Counted from the first letter of the stretch, positions 48,670-58,993 are shown. The stretch: DNA of 64,000 bases from Pseudomonadota bacterium (GCA_036758605.1 DAIOWE010000001.1:935-64934); one strand, 5' to 3'. Notes: generated from the sequence alone by a model not told the origin. Numbers and translations are program-made.

Positions 48670-49521
48670 TTAGCGAATGGCGGCGGATGCCAGGCCAATC
48701 GATTTCGGCGTGGCCGTGGAAGCATATTTCACCTTTGCTTCCTCAATCCATGCGGCAAAGGCCTCTTTGCTCACGACTTTAAGCGCTGTGGGCATGAAAG
48801 CATGCCGGGAGCCGCAAAGCTCGGAACATTGGCCATAGAATGTACCCTCACGGGTTGCCTTGAACCAGGTTTCGTTCAGGTGCCCGGGGATGGCGTCAAT
48901 CTTGACGCCCATCACAGGCAGGGCAAAGGCATGAATCACGTCAACCGAAGTGGTCTGCACCCGAATCGTTGTGCCAACCGGCACCACGATATCATTATCG
49001 ACAGCCAGCAGGCGCGGCGCATCCACAGGGCGGTCCGCATCTTCGAGCATGGTAATGTCGTAGGTCAACGAATCATGGTCAGGATATTCCACATTCCAGT
49101 ACCACTGATTACCCGTAAGCTTCAGTGTCATTTCGGCTTCCGGCACCACATCCTCCTGATACAGCAACCGGAACGACGGGACCGCCATAACGACAAGAAT
49201 CATGATCGGGATCACAGTCCAGATCACTTCAAGTGCCGTATTGTGGGTGGTGGTGGTTGGAACCGGATTGGCCCGGGAGTTGAAGCGCACCATGATGTAC
49301 AGCAACAGGGCCAGTACAAACAGGGTAATGGCTGTAATCAATATCAGCAGAGTATGATGGAAACTGGTAAGTTGCTCCATGACCGGTGACGCCGCTGGCT
49401 GGAATCCCATCTGCCATTCGACCGCCGTTTCAGCCATCGCGGCCCCCGCTGATACAAAAATCATAAACGCTGCCGTCAGTGCTTCACTTGCGAAGCGGCG
49501 GCCCTTGGATATACAACGCAT
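48670..49521 (-). CDS. ctaC: Cytochrome c oxidase subunit II.
   Basis: CuA motif …HAFMPTALKV…CSELCGSRHAFMP…; signal peptide plus 2 TM. Confidence 0.9.
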   Translation of the reverse strand: MRCISKGRRFASEALTAAFMIFVSAGAAMAETAVEWQMGFQPAASPVMEQLTSFHHTLLILITAITLFVLALLLYIMVRFNSRANPVPTTTTHNTALEVIWTVIPIMILVVMAVPSFRLLYQEDVVPEAEMTLKLTGNQWYWNVEYPDHDSLTYDITMLEDADRPVDAPRLLAVDNDIVVPVGTTIRVQTTSVDVIHAFALPVMGVKIDAIPGHLNETWFKATREGTFYGQCSELCGSRHAFMPTALKVVSKEAFAAWIEEAKVKYASTATPKSIGLASAAIR

Positions 49522-49704
49522 CTGTTTTCCCTGTTGTTTTTACCCGCACCGGGTCTTGCGCAAGGCAGACCCGAATCCAGTCCCTCACAAACCACAGCCG
49601 CCATGAAACTGCAAGTACAGATGACATGCGTGAGAAGATAATATTTAAAAAAACGGCTAAAATGAGCCAACTATTGAGAATAGTTACTAATAGCGGGGTG
49701 CCCC

Positions 49705-50268
49705 TTACATATTGTGCTCCTTATAGGCGGCTGCACGTGCGGCATCCCCTTCGACCGCAACTTCATAAAGCGGTTTCAGCATGGTGGCGATATCGATTTG
49801 CCCCTGTTCAACGGATTGTTGCAGCGCCCAGATTAATTTATCGCTCAGACGGCGCGTATATTCTGGTTCATCTGTATTAATGCCGCCACCGAGGGGTGGG
49901 TGGTTGTTGCCATGCAAGCGAATATCGTCTGCCACCTGTTGTTCTGCCTTGCGCGCCTCTACGGCTATAACGCCTATTACCGCGGCAAGTTGCGGCAGGT
50001 CCAGTTCCAGCGCCTGCTCGATGGCCCATATCAGCTTGTCGGAAAGGCGGCGGGTGTAGCGGATGGTATCTCCTCTTTCGAGTATGATTTTGCGTACTGT
50101 CAGCCATTTTTTATAGCCTGCAAGATCATTTGCGGTGACAGCATCGGACAGCGACAGCGCGGCGACATTCTGGGCGGATGGTCCGTGTTTGGCGATAAGC
50201 GAATCGGCTATTTCTGATGCTTCCTGTGCAATGGCCACGCTTTGCGGCATTTCTTTTCTCCCGGGCAT
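49705..50268 (-). CDS. Hypothetical cytoplasmic protein (187 aa) with an internally duplicated YTRRLSDKLIWA(I/L)(E/Q)Q motif.
   Basis: Two copies of …YTRRLSDKLIWAIEQALE… / …YTRRLSDKLIWALQQSVE…; no family assigned. Confidence 0.4.
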   Translation of the reverse strand: MPGRKEMPQSVAIAQEASEIADSLIAKHGPSAQNVAALSLSDAVTANDLAGYKKWLTVRKIILERGDTIRYTRRLSDKLIWAIEQALELDLPQLAAVIGVIAVEARKAEQQVADDIRLHGNNHPPLGGGINTDEPEYTRRLSDKLIWALQQSVEQGQIDIATMLKPLYEVAVEGDAARAAAYKEHNM

Positions 50269-50355
50269 GTTAGACTTCTTTCAGGGGCGTCAGTGTACTA
50301 TATACGGTCTGACGCATTGGATGCGCCAGATTGTCTTTAGCTGGATACAGCTTGA

Positions 50356-51834
50356 TTGACTGGAAGGAATAGGAATTTGACCAATTCTCCCCAAGCTAGT
50401 GGTTTCTCCGGAAATATTTCAGAAGATTTGTTCTTCACCCAATCTGGTATGGACCGCAGGCGTGTGCAGTCGCTGGTGGATGATGCGCTGCATCGTGGCG
50501 ATGATGGGGAGCTGTTCCTTGAATATTCGGTTTCTGAAAGTTTTGTCTTTGACGATGGGCGGCTTAAAAATGCTGCATTTGACACGGGACAGGGGTTTGG
50601 ATTGCGCTCGGTCGCTGGTGAAGCGACAGGTTATGCGCATGCCGCAGATCTAAGCGAGGCAGCAATAGCCCGGGCCGCGCAAACAGTTCGCGCTGTGCAA
50701 AGCGGCAAGTCCGGTCAGCTTTCGGTTGGACCGTCGCGAACGAATCGCGCGCTCTACAGTTCCGACAACCCCCTGGATACGGCGTCATTCGAGACAAAGA
50801 TAAAGCTTCTTGAAGACATGAACGCCTACGCCCGCGCAAAAGATAGCCGGGTGCGGCAGGTGAGCTGTTCCCTGGCAGGGGAATGGCGCGTGGTGGAAAT
50901 CCTCCGCCTAGGGGGCGAAAGCGTCCGTGATATCAGACCCCTGGTGCGATTGAACGTATCTGTTGTTGCAGGCGAGGGGGATCGTCAGGAATCTGGCAGT
51001 CATGGCGTTGGGGGCCGGAATGGCTACACCGCATATTTGACCCCGGACAAATGGCAGCCTTTTGTGGATGAAGCGCTGCGTCAGGCGCTGGTCAATCTGC
51101 AATCCGTCCCGGCGCCTGCGGGGGAGCAGATGGTTGTGCTTGGCCCCGGATGGCCCGGAATATTGCTGCATGAGGCCATCGGGCATGGTCTGGAGGGCGA
51201 CTTTAACCGCAAGAAAACCAGCGCCTTTGCAGGCTTGCTTGGCCAGCAGGTGGCGGCAAAGGGCGTAACGGTGGTGGATGACGGCACGTTGGCCGGTCGA
51301 CGCGGCTCGCTAAGTGTGGATGATGAAGGAACACCTACATCCAATACGGTTCTGATCGAAGACGGCATCCTGAAAGGCTATATCCAGGATCGGCTGAATG
51401 CACGGCTCATGGGCATGGCGCCTACTGGAAATGGCCGCAGGCAGTCCTATGCGCATATGCCGATGCCGCGCATGACCAATACCTATATGCTGTCTGGCGC
51501 CATGAACCCCGCAGAGATACTGGCCTCGGTTAAAAGCGGAATTTACGCGGTTTCTTTCGGGGGTGGCCAGGTGGATATCACCAGCGGTAAATTCGTCTTT
51601 ACCTGCACCGAAGCCTATCGCATAGAAAATGGCAAAATTGGCGCGCCGGTTAAGGGCGCGACGCTCATCGGAAATGGTCCCGATGTGCTGAAGCGGGTTG
51701 CAATGATCGGCAATGATATGGAACTGGACCCCGGCATCGGCACCTGCGGAAAAAGTGGCCAGGGCGTGCCTGTTGGCGTTGGGCAGCCAACATTGAGAAT
51801 CGATGGTCTGACTGTGGGGGGGACTGCAGGTTAA
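50356..51834 (+). CDS. tldD: Metalloprotease TldD (TTG start per the track; true start uncertain).
   Basis: …DDGELFLEYSVSESFVFDDGRLK…GLRSVAGEATGYAH…; C-terminal …HEAIGHGLEGD…; PmbA/TldD family. Confidence 0.85.
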   Translation: MTGRNRNLTNSPQASGFSGNISEDLFFTQSGMDRRRVQSLVDDALHRGDDGELFLEYSVSESFVFDDGRLKNAAFDTGQGFGLRSVAGEATGYAHAADLSEAAIARAAQTVRAVQSGKSGQLSVGPSRTNRALYSSDNPLDTASFETKIKLLEDMNAYARAKDSRVRQVSCSLAGEWRVVEILRLGGESVRDIRPLVRLNVSVVAGEGDRQESGSHGVGGRNGYTAYLTPDKWQPFVDEALRQALVNLQSVPAPAGEQMVVLGPGWPGILLHEAIGHGLEGDFNRKKTSAFAGLLGQQVAAKGVTVVDDGTLAGRRGSLSVDDEGTPTSNTVLIEDGILKGYIQDRLNARLMGMAPTGNGRRQSYAHMPMPRMTNTYMLSGAMNPAEILASVKSGIYAVSFGGGQVDITSGKFVFTCTEAYRIENGKIGAPVKGATLIGNGPDVLKRVAMIGNDMELDPGIGTCGKSGQGVPVGVGQPTLRIDGLTVGGTAG

Positions 51835-52079
51835 GCCTTACTCAAGCGGTAGATTATTCAAAATTTTGGATGGCGTGGGGCGCAATAGATATGGTTGCAG
51901 CAACCTGGATCCCAGCCTTTACATTTTTCAGCCGCATTCATCACGAAAACTTTACCAAAAACTCTGGTTTCCGGGGCCGTATTGCCCTGAGTTAACGTTT
52001 TCTTGAATTGAGTGGCAGGCTGTTGTCGTGCCATGATTCAGCTTGGAATCAATCAGTAATAATAAAGAAGGGCACCAAC

Positions 52080-53453
52080 ATGATTGTAAAAAACATCCTC
52101 TTTGCCACTTCGTTTACGGCATTGCTGTCGTCTGCGGCGCTGGCAGGGGTGCCAGCTGAGGTCGCAGACCGGCTTGGCAAAGACCTGACCCCACTGGGTT
52201 CGCAGAAATCAGGCAACAAGGAAGGCACGATCCCGGAATGGACGGGTGGATTGTCGGAGCCGCCGTCAAATGTGACCTATAAAATTGGCGATCGTCACCC
52301 GGACCCCTATTCGGCTGATAAGCCGCTATTCACAATCACAGGGGCGAACAGCGCACAGTATGCAAAAAATCTGAGCGAAATGCCTTTGGCGATGTTCAAG
52401 GCGTATCCTGATTCCTTCAAGATGAACATCTATCAGACCCGGCGCTCCTGTGCACAGCCTGCGGCGGTGTATGAAGTTGTGAAAAACAATGCACTGAATA
52501 GTGAGCAGTCGATGGATGGCGCCGGCATGTCGGGTGCGATTCGCTCGACCGCTTTCCCGATCCCGAGCACGGCGCAAAGTTTGATCTGGAACCATCGTCT
52601 GAAGTATCGCAATTTCAAGGCGACTCGTCAGTTGGTGTTTGCCGCGCCAACCCGCAGCGGTGACTTTACCCATTATGTTGCGCAGGACGAAGTGTTGCAG
52701 AATTATGGTGATCCTGCGATCAAGGATGTGTCAGAGCTTAACAACATCTCTCTCAAATATATCTCCAACACGATCGCTCCGGCCCGTAGCGCGGGTAACG
52801 TGATCCTGATTCACGAAACCATCAACGTCGCCCAAGGCCGCCGCAAGGCATGGGTGTACAGCCCCGGCACACGCCGTGTGCGCCGCGCGCCGAACATCGC
52901 GTATGACAATCCCGGCACCAATTCTGACGGCCTGCAAACGACCGATTCGTTTGGCGGCTTTAGTGGCGCGACCGACCGTTATGACTGGACCTATATCGGC
53001 CGTCAGGAAACCTATATGCCAGCCAATAATTACCGGCTGGCGCAGCGCGACCTGCAATATAAGGACATCTTCATTGCTGGCCCGCACATCAATCAGGATC
53101 TGCCGCGTTACGAATTGCAGCGCGCGCATGTTTTTGAAGCTAAGGTGCGCCCTGAAACCCGCCATATCTATGCCAAACGCAAGTTCTGGATGGAAGAAGA
53201 TAGCTGGTTCATCGTGCAAACCAGCGCCTATGACTCACGCGGGGATCTGTGGCGCGTACAGGAACAGTTTGCGCAAACCTATTATGAAGTTCCGGTTTGC
53301 GACCGCGTCGGCGCGGTTTCCTATGATTTGAACGCCGGCCGTTATCTGGTCGACAGCTTCGTCAACCAGGAGCCGCAGATCAGCTGGAACGCGGATGAAC
53401 TGTCCGAGGACCGTTATACCCCGGACGCGATCCGCCGGTTGGGCGTTCGTTAA
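52080..53453 (+). CDS. Secreted DUF1329-like protein (LolA-like fold family).
   Basis: Signal peptide MIVKNILFATSFTALLSSAALAG; …GTIPEWTGGL… and overall length are consistent with DUF1329. RBS AAGAAGGG. Confidence 0.45.
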   Translation: MIVKNILFATSFTALLSSAALAGVPAEVADRLGKDLTPLGSQKSGNKEGTIPEWTGGLSEPPSNVTYKIGDRHPDPYSADKPLFTITGANSAQYAKNLSEMPLAMFKAYPDSFKMNIYQTRRSCAQPAAVYEVVKNNALNSEQSMDGAGMSGAIRSTAFPIPSTAQSLIWNHRLKYRNFKATRQLVFAAPTRSGDFTHYVAQDEVLQNYGDPAIKDVSELNNISLKYISNTIAPARSAGNVILIHETINVAQGRRKAWVYSPGTRRVRRAPNIAYDNPGTNSDGLQTTDSFGGFSGATDRYDWTYIGRQETYMPANNYRLAQRDLQYKDIFIAGPHINQDLPRYELQRAHVFEAKVRPETRHIYAKRKFWMEEDSWFIVQTSAYDSRGDLWRVQEQFAQTYYEVPVCDRVGAVSYDLNAGRYLVDSFVNQEPQISWNADELSEDRYTPDAIRRLGVR

Positions 53454-53477
53454 GCCGTCTGATTATCTGACTTAAAG

Positions 53478-53508
53478 CAAACGGGCCGCCCGAAAGGCGG
53501 CCCGTTTT
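53478..53508 (+). terminator. Rho-independent terminator after the DUF1329 gene.
   Basis: AAACGGGCCGCC-CGAAA-GGCGGCCCGTTTTGTT. Confidence 0.6.
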
Positions 53509-53542
53509 GTTATACCAACGGCCTGATGAACAGACCCGTTGT

Positions 53543-53611
53543 GTCATTCTGAGCGAAGCGAAGAATCCCCATCCATTTCGGGGAGATCCTTCGCTTCGCT
53601 CAGGATGACAG
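53543..53611. repeat. Palindromic dispersed repeat, copy 1 (69 bp).
   Basis: GTCATTCTGAGCGAAGCGAAGAATCCCCATCCATTTCGGGGAGATCCTTCGCTTCGCTCAGGATGACAG; a second inverted copy lies at 59024-59122. Confidence 0.7.
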
Positions 53612-53647
53612 GTCAGAGCATAGGGCTGTTGGTATTATTGAACTGGT

Positions 53648-55108
53648 TCAGCGTTTTACCTGCGACAAAAGCATTTTCCGCAAGCGTGGCGTAAATGGCG
53701 GGCGCATGAAACGGCCAATATCAAAAATCCCGCCCTGTTCATAAACAGCCTTGGCGTGGCTGAAATTCTTGAAGCCGTCATAGCCGTGATAGGATCCCAT
53801 GCCACTGGCCCCGACGCCGCCGAATGGTAAATCTTCCTGGGCGACATGCATCATGACGTCATTTATGGCGACGCCGCCCGAAGTAGTGCGCTCCAGCAGT
53901 CGCCGTTTTTCGGCCGGGTCATTGCCGAAATAGTACAAGGCCAGCGGGCGCGGATGGGCGTTGACGTAATCGATAACCTCATCGATCCCGGCATAGGATT
54001 TGACCATCAGCAATGGCCCAAAAATTTCTTCCTGCGCGATCTTCATGTCTTCGGTTACATCAAGCAAAAGCGTAGGCGGGATTTTATGCGCGGGCTGCTG
54101 CGAAAAATCTTCATTGGCCGGATTAATTTCAACAATCCTCGCCCCCTTTGACCTGGCGTCGGCGACATATCCCTGCAAACGGTCATAATGGCGCTGATTG
54201 ATGACCGATGTGTAATCCGGGTTTTCCTTCAGAGTGGGATACATGGTTGCGACGGATCGCTGGGCCGAGGCGACAAAGGCGTCTTCCTGGCCTTTGGGGA
54301 CATAGACATAATCCGGCGCCAGACATATCTGACCGGCATTCAGCATTTTGCCATTCATGATGCGGTCGGTGGATGTCTGCATCTGGCATGACTTGCTGAT
54401 GATGGTTGGGGACTTACCGCCAAGCTCCAGCGTTACCGGCACCAGATTTTCGGCGGCTGCGCGCATGATGCTCTTGCCAACCGATGTTGCCCCAATGAAG
54501 ATGATATGATCAAAGGGCAGGGCGCTGAACGCCTGCCCAACCTCTGGCCCGCCGGTGAATACCGCAACCTCATTTTCATCAAAGGCTTTGGCGAACATGT
54601 GCGCCAATAATTCGGCGGTGCGCGGCGTATATTCCGAAGGCTTCATCATCACCCGGTTTCCCGCCGAAAATATTCCCGCGAGCGGCGAAAAGGTCATCGC
54701 CAGGGGAAAATTCCAGGGTGTAATCAGGCCGACGGTTCCAAGCGGCTGATATTCCACCCGCGACTTCGCTCCCGTAAGATTAAATGGAAATGTACTGGCG
54801 CGTTGATCCGGCCGCATCCATTTGCGCAACTGTTTCTTTGCTTCTTTTAGGCCGCCAAGACAGCCAACAACATCGGACATGATGGACTGATCCGTACTGC
54901 GATGGCCGAAATCGGCGCTAAGCGCAGAGCAGATTTCATCCTGATAATCAACGATCAGGCCAATGGCGCGATTAATGCGGTCGATGCGCAGTTCAGCGCT
55001 TGGCGTACCCTCATGGATATGGGCCTGCTTCTGGCGCTCCAGTACTGTGCGCATTTGCGCCTCCCTGCTCGTGTTTCCGTCTTTAGATAAATTTTCCGTG
55101 GCGCTCAT
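53648..55108 (-). CDS. NAD(P)-dependent aldehyde dehydrogenase (coniferyl-aldehyde DH-like subfamily).
   Basis: 486 aa; …ELGGKSP… catalytic region …GQICLAPDYVYV… (Cys); strong RBS GGAGGAAG. Confidence 0.8.
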   Translation of the reverse strand: MSATENLSKDGNTSREAQMRTVLERQKQAHIHEGTPSAELRIDRINRAIGLIVDYQDEICSALSADFGHRSTDQSIMSDVVGCLGGLKEAKKQLRKWMRPDQRASTFPFNLTGAKSRVEYQPLGTVGLITPWNFPLAMTFSPLAGIFSAGNRVMMKPSEYTPRTAELLAHMFAKAFDENEVAVFTGGPEVGQAFSALPFDHIIFIGATSVGKSIMRAAAENLVPVTLELGGKSPTIISKSCQMQTSTDRIMNGKMLNAGQICLAPDYVYVPKGQEDAFVASAQRSVATMYPTLKENPDYTSVINQRHYDRLQGYVADARSKGARIVEINPANEDFSQQPAHKIPPTLLLDVTEDMKIAQEEIFGPLLMVKSYAGIDEVIDYVNAHPRPLALYYFGNDPAEKRRLLERTTSGGVAINDVMMHVAQEDLPFGGVGASGMGSYHGYDGFKNFSHAKAVYEQGGIFDIGRFMRPPFTPRLRKMLLSQVKR

Positions 55109-55279
55109 ATTATTCTTCCTCCAGGTAGCAGGGCACAGACTAACATGTTGCCGGTGTCCGGCAAGCAGTTCTCAAGACAGTAAAATTTGATACTAATCGG
55201 AGCGAACGGGTTAATAAAATAATTACGCATCGTCAGCATAGTAAGCCAGGTTAATACCCCCCTAATTAATTAGGTATAA

Positions 55280-56377
55280 ATGACTGTAATCAGACCCACT
55301 TCTGCGGGATCCGCAGCGAACCATGCCGGCGTGGCGATGCGGCTTATGGAAGAGCATGAAGTCGAACCAAATCCATTCAATTACCGGCTCTGGTTTGCGT
55401 ATGCGAGCGGCGAAAACAAAAAGATCAACCAGACAATTAATATCCTGCTGTCAAACAAACGCAGATTTAGCGCGGCCATATGCGACGATCTCTATTATCA
55501 ATTCTTTCAGAGTCTGGATGAAGTGACGCGGTTAGCCGATGTCACCACGGACATCGAAAGCCAATTGGTTGAACTGATGTCCAGCCTGTCAAATGCCGGC
55601 GTGGAGACTTCGCAGTTCGGTCAGGCGCTTGAAGGGGCCTCGAAAGCCCTCAAAGTTTATCCGGGGACGGAAGAAAGTTTAAGACCAATAGTTAATTTGC
55701 TGATGACGGCGACACGGCACATGGGGGCGAACAATCAAAATCTTCAAACCCATCTGCAAAGGTCAAGCGAACAGATAATGGATTTGAAATCCACCATCGA
55801 AACAATCCAGGCAATTTCGGTGACTGATCAGCTTACGGAGATTGGTAACCGCCGGTCCTTTGATGATCACTTGCGTGAATACGCCATGCAGAGTATGGAA
55901 ACCGGGGATCCGCTTTGCCTGTTATTGCTGGATATAGACAAATTCAAGAACTTTAACGATACATGGGGGCATACGCTTGGCGATCAGGTGTTGCGCCTGT
56001 TTGCCTCATGCATGAAACACGCGGTTGGGAGTAAGGGATTCTGCGCCAGATATGGTGGCGAGGAATTCGCGGTTCTCCTACCTGACAAAAATATAGCGCA
56101 ATCGGTGAAAATAGCCAACGCTATCCGGAAATCCATTTCCGGAAGGGAAATAGTAAATCGGTTCAATGGCCAAAAAGTGGGTACGGTTACCGTATCCATT
56201 GGCGCCGCGCAATTTTCCCAAGGCGAACCGCTTACGTCCCTCGTTGAACGCGCGGATGCCGGGCTTTATGCAGCAAAGGAAAACGGCCGCAACCGGGTTG
56301 TTTGCGAAAACGAACTGCGCAACATGCAGCAAAGTCGTGACACTCCTGGAACAACTAAAATATCGAGCGCTTCTTGA
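55280..56377 (+). CDS. GGDEF-domain diguanylate cyclase with an N-terminal coiled-coil region (DgcB-like).
   Basis: …DQLTEIGNRRSFDDHL…LLLLDIDKFKNFNDTWGHTLGDQVL…RYGGEEFAVLLPD…. Confidence 0.8.
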   Translation: MTVIRPTSAGSAANHAGVAMRLMEEHEVEPNPFNYRLWFAYASGENKKINQTINILLSNKRRFSAAICDDLYYQFFQSLDEVTRLADVTTDIESQLVELMSSLSNAGVETSQFGQALEGASKALKVYPGTEESLRPIVNLLMTATRHMGANNQNLQTHLQRSSEQIMDLKSTIETIQAISVTDQLTEIGNRRSFDDHLREYAMQSMETGDPLCLLLLDIDKFKNFNDTWGHTLGDQVLRLFASCMKHAVGSKGFCARYGGEEFAVLLPDKNIAQSVKIANAIRKSISGREIVNRFNGQKVGTVTVSIGAAQFSQGEPLTSLVERADAGLYAAKENGRNRVVCENELRNMQQSRDTPGTTKISSAS

Positions 56378-56465
56378 GTGCTTGTTGCGGCCGTCCGGAT
56401 CACTACTCTCTACTCTCAAAGTATGCTTAACTCATTGCTTCCCAACCAGCACAGGGCAGCAAACA

Positions 56466-57257
56466 ATGGAATATCAGCATATCCTATTCACGTGGTCCGA
56501 TGGGGTCGGCCATATCTCCTTTAATTCACCAGGCACACTCAACGCCCTGACACGCGATATGTTGCATGAGTTTGAGGCGGCGATGGATTTTTGTGCCACA
56601 CCTGAAAGCGGTGTGCGCTGTCTGTTGCTGACGGGCGAGGGGCGCGGCTTTTCTTCCGGCATGAATTTGGCCGATCCGGGCGGGCCCAGGCTGCCCCGGC
56701 CGGATGCGGGCCAGGTTCTGGACGAAATTTTCAACACGCTTTTGCTGAAACTGCGGGATATGGAAATTCCCATTGTCGTGGGTTTGCAGGGGGCGACGGC
56801 GGGCATTACCATGAGTATTGCGCTGATGGGTGATATTATACTGGCGGCGCGTTCGGCCTATCTGTTGCAGCCCTTTGCAAATATCGGATTGATACCGGAT
56901 GGCGGCGCCACCTGGCTGTTGCCACGCATTCTGGGCAAGGCGCGGGCGTTTGAACTGTCGCTGTTGGGAGACCGTTTGTCTGCTGAAAAGGCATTGGCCT
57001 GGGGCTTGATCAATGATGTGTTTGACGATGACAAATTGCGCGATGCGGCAATCGCCATGGCGCACCGTCTGGCGCAGGGGCCGACCCGCGCCTATGCGCT
57101 GACCCGCAAGGCGTTCTGGGAAGGCTTTGATAATTCGTTCAGGGAGCAACTGCTTGTGGAGCGCATGTATCAGCGCACAGCCAGCCGCACCGCAGATGCG
57201 CAAGCCGCCGTGCGCGCCTTTCTGGCAAAAAAGCCCCCGGTATTTACGGGCAAGTAA
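56466..57257 (+). CDS. Enoyl-CoA hydratase/isomerase family protein.
   Basis: MEYQHILFTWSDGVGHISFNSPGTLNALT…GEGRGFSSGMNL… crotonase fold; the track ORF from 56166 is a spurious N-terminal extension overlapping the GGDEF gene. Confidence 0.8.
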   Translation: MEYQHILFTWSDGVGHISFNSPGTLNALTRDMLHEFEAAMDFCATPESGVRCLLLTGEGRGFSSGMNLADPGGPRLPRPDAGQVLDEIFNTLLLKLRDMEIPIVVGLQGATAGITMSIALMGDIILAARSAYLLQPFANIGLIPDGGATWLLPRILGKARAFELSLLGDRLSAEKALAWGLINDVFDDDKLRDAAIAMAHRLAQGPTRAYALTRKAFWEGFDNSFREQLLVERMYQRTASRTADAQAAVRAFLAKKPPVFTGK

Positions 57258-57271
57258 GGACGTTTCAGTAG

Positions 57272-58369
57272 ATGCAATTGACAAATGACGAACAGAAATT
57301 CGGGCTTGTCGCAAAGCTGTTTCACTGGGGCGCGGCGCTGCTTGTATTCGCGCTGCTTCCCATAGGTTGGTACATGCATGATTTACCGCGTGGGTTAGAG
57401 AAGTTTCGCTATGTGGAACTGCATAAATCGCTGGGGCTTTTGCTGTTGGCGTTTATGATCGGGCGCAGTCTTTGGCGGGCCTATAATCCGCCGCCGCCAT
57501 TGCCCGCCGGTCTGCCCATCTGGGAAGTGCGCGCCGCAATACTGACGCATTGGGCGCTTTATGGGGCGCTGTTCGGGCAGGTTTTTATCGGCATGGGACT
57601 GGTCTGGACCGCGAATTCACCACTCACATTTTTTGGCTGGATTCCCGTGCCCAGTCCATTTGCCCCCGACCATGATCTGCATGAACTGGGTGAAGAGCTT
57701 CATGAGTTATTCGCGTTCGGCATTGTTGGATTGCTCGTAATGCATATAGGCGCGGCGCTACGCCATCATTTTATTCTGAAGAATGATATTTTGCGGCGGA
57801 TGCTGCTCGTGATGCTGATCGCATCCGGCGTTTTTATAATAGCGCCGGTTAATGCAACAACATGGAATGTGGCGCCGGCGAGCCAGCTTCTGTTCCATTT
57901 TACGCAGTCTGGCATGTCCATCACCGGAAAGTTTGAGCGCTTTGACGCGCGCATCGAGTTTGATCCGGACAAACCCGAGGATGGGCGCATCGATGTCACT
58001 ATCGATATTGCCAGCCTGGATACGCAAAACGCGGAACGCGACGCCACGCTGCGTTCGGCTGAATTGTTTGACGCCGAAAAGTTTCCGCAGGCGCAGTTCT
58101 CCGCTGATAAAATCCGGGTTGCATCGGAAGGACAATATGAGGCCGCAGGCACACTTACGATACGTGACATTACATTGCCGCTGGTGTTACCCTTTGCCCT
58201 GCAACTGGAAAATGATGATGAGGGCGGTCGTAATGCATCTGCTTCCGGCATGGTTGCCATTTCACGCCGCGATTTCGGTCTGGCGCGGGGACAATGGGAA
58301 GCCACAGATATTGTGGCGGATGAGGTCAAGATAGAGATCAGGCTGGAGGCCGTGCAGGCGCCGAATTGA
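57272..58369 (+). CDS. Fusion protein: cytochrome b561 (CybB-like, 4 TM) plus a C-terminal periplasmic YceI-like domain.
   Basis: N-terminal …KLFHWGAALLVFALLPIGWYMH…HKSLGLLLL…HWALYGALF…HIGAALRHHF…; C-terminal …FERFDARIEFDPDKPEDGRIDVTIDIASLDTQNAERDATLRSAELFDAEKFPQAQF…. Confidence 0.75.
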   Translation: MQLTNDEQKFGLVAKLFHWGAALLVFALLPIGWYMHDLPRGLEKFRYVELHKSLGLLLLAFMIGRSLWRAYNPPPPLPAGLPIWEVRAAILTHWALYGALFGQVFIGMGLVWTANSPLTFFGWIPVPSPFAPDHDLHELGEELHELFAFGIVGLLVMHIGAALRHHFILKNDILRRMLLVMLIASGVFIIAPVNATTWNVAPASQLLFHFTQSGMSITGKFERFDARIEFDPDKPEDGRIDVTIDIASLDTQNAERDATLRSAELFDAEKFPQAQFSADKIRVASEGQYEAAGTLTIRDITLPLVLPFALQLENDDEGGRNASASGMVAISRRDFGLARGQWEATDIVADEVKIEIRLEAVQAPN

Positions 58370-58390
58370 AAATCCGATCCAAGGGGGAAA

Positions 58391-58993
58391 ATGATGCGAA
58401 GTGTGAAAGCTAAACTGGTTTCAGCCGGCGCCGTTGTGGCCATGGCGGGTCTGGCTCTGTCCGCAAACGCGGCGGATAAATTTCTGCTGGATCCCACCCA
58501 TGCCAGCGTTTTATTTGGTGTGTCGCATCTGGGATTTTCAAAAACCTTTGGGCGTTTCAATAAAGTTGAAGGGGCCTTTACGCTGGACGCGGACGCGCCG
58601 GAAAAATCATCCGTCGTCGTCACCATGGACGCGGCCAGCCTCGACACAAATCACGAGAAGCGGGACGAACATTTACGCGGCAAGGATTTTTTTGATGTCG
58701 CGCAGTTTCCAGCACTTACCTATAAAAGCACATCGGTGAAACTGACGGGTGAAAAGACGGCGATAGTTACAGGTGATCTGACGATGCATGGAGTGACGAA
58801 GTCTGTGCCGCTTGACGTGACGCTGGTGAATGTCGGGCCAAATCCGATGGACCCTACCAAGACCAAAATAGTCGCCGGGTTTTCCGCGCGCGGAACCCTT
58901 AAACGCTCTGAATTCGGCATGGGGTATGCGGCACCGGTGCTGGGCGATGATGTGGAAATAATCATCGAGGTGGATGCAATCAAGCAGCCGTAA
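58391..58993 (+). CDS. Periplasmic YceI family protein.
   Basis: Signal peptide; …HASVLFGVSHLGFSKTFGRFNKVEGAFTLD…ASLDTNHEKRDEHLRGKDFFDVAQFPALTY…. Confidence 0.8.
   Translation: MMRSVKAKLVSAGAVVAMAGLALSANAADKFLLDPTHASVLFGVSHLGFSKTFGRFNKVEGAFTLDADAPEKSSVVVTMDAASLDTNHEKRDEHLRGKDFFDVAQFPALTYKSTSVKLTGEKTAIVTGDLTMHGVTKSVPLDVTLVNVGPNPMDPTKTKIVAGFSARGTLKRSEFGMGYAAPVLGDDVEIIIEVDAIKQP

Noticed and set aside
51835-52079. 245-bp intergenic region after tldD as a candidate sRNA.
   Set aside because: It has no clear promoter/terminator pair or stable structure. It probably carries only the promoter of the downstream DUF1329 gene.
56166-56465. Long N-terminal extension of the enoyl-CoA hydratase ORF overlapping the GGDEF gene.
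   Set aside because: It overlaps the 3' end of the GGDEF gene out of frame. The ATG at 56466 gives the canonical crotonase N-terminus (MEYQHILFTW…).
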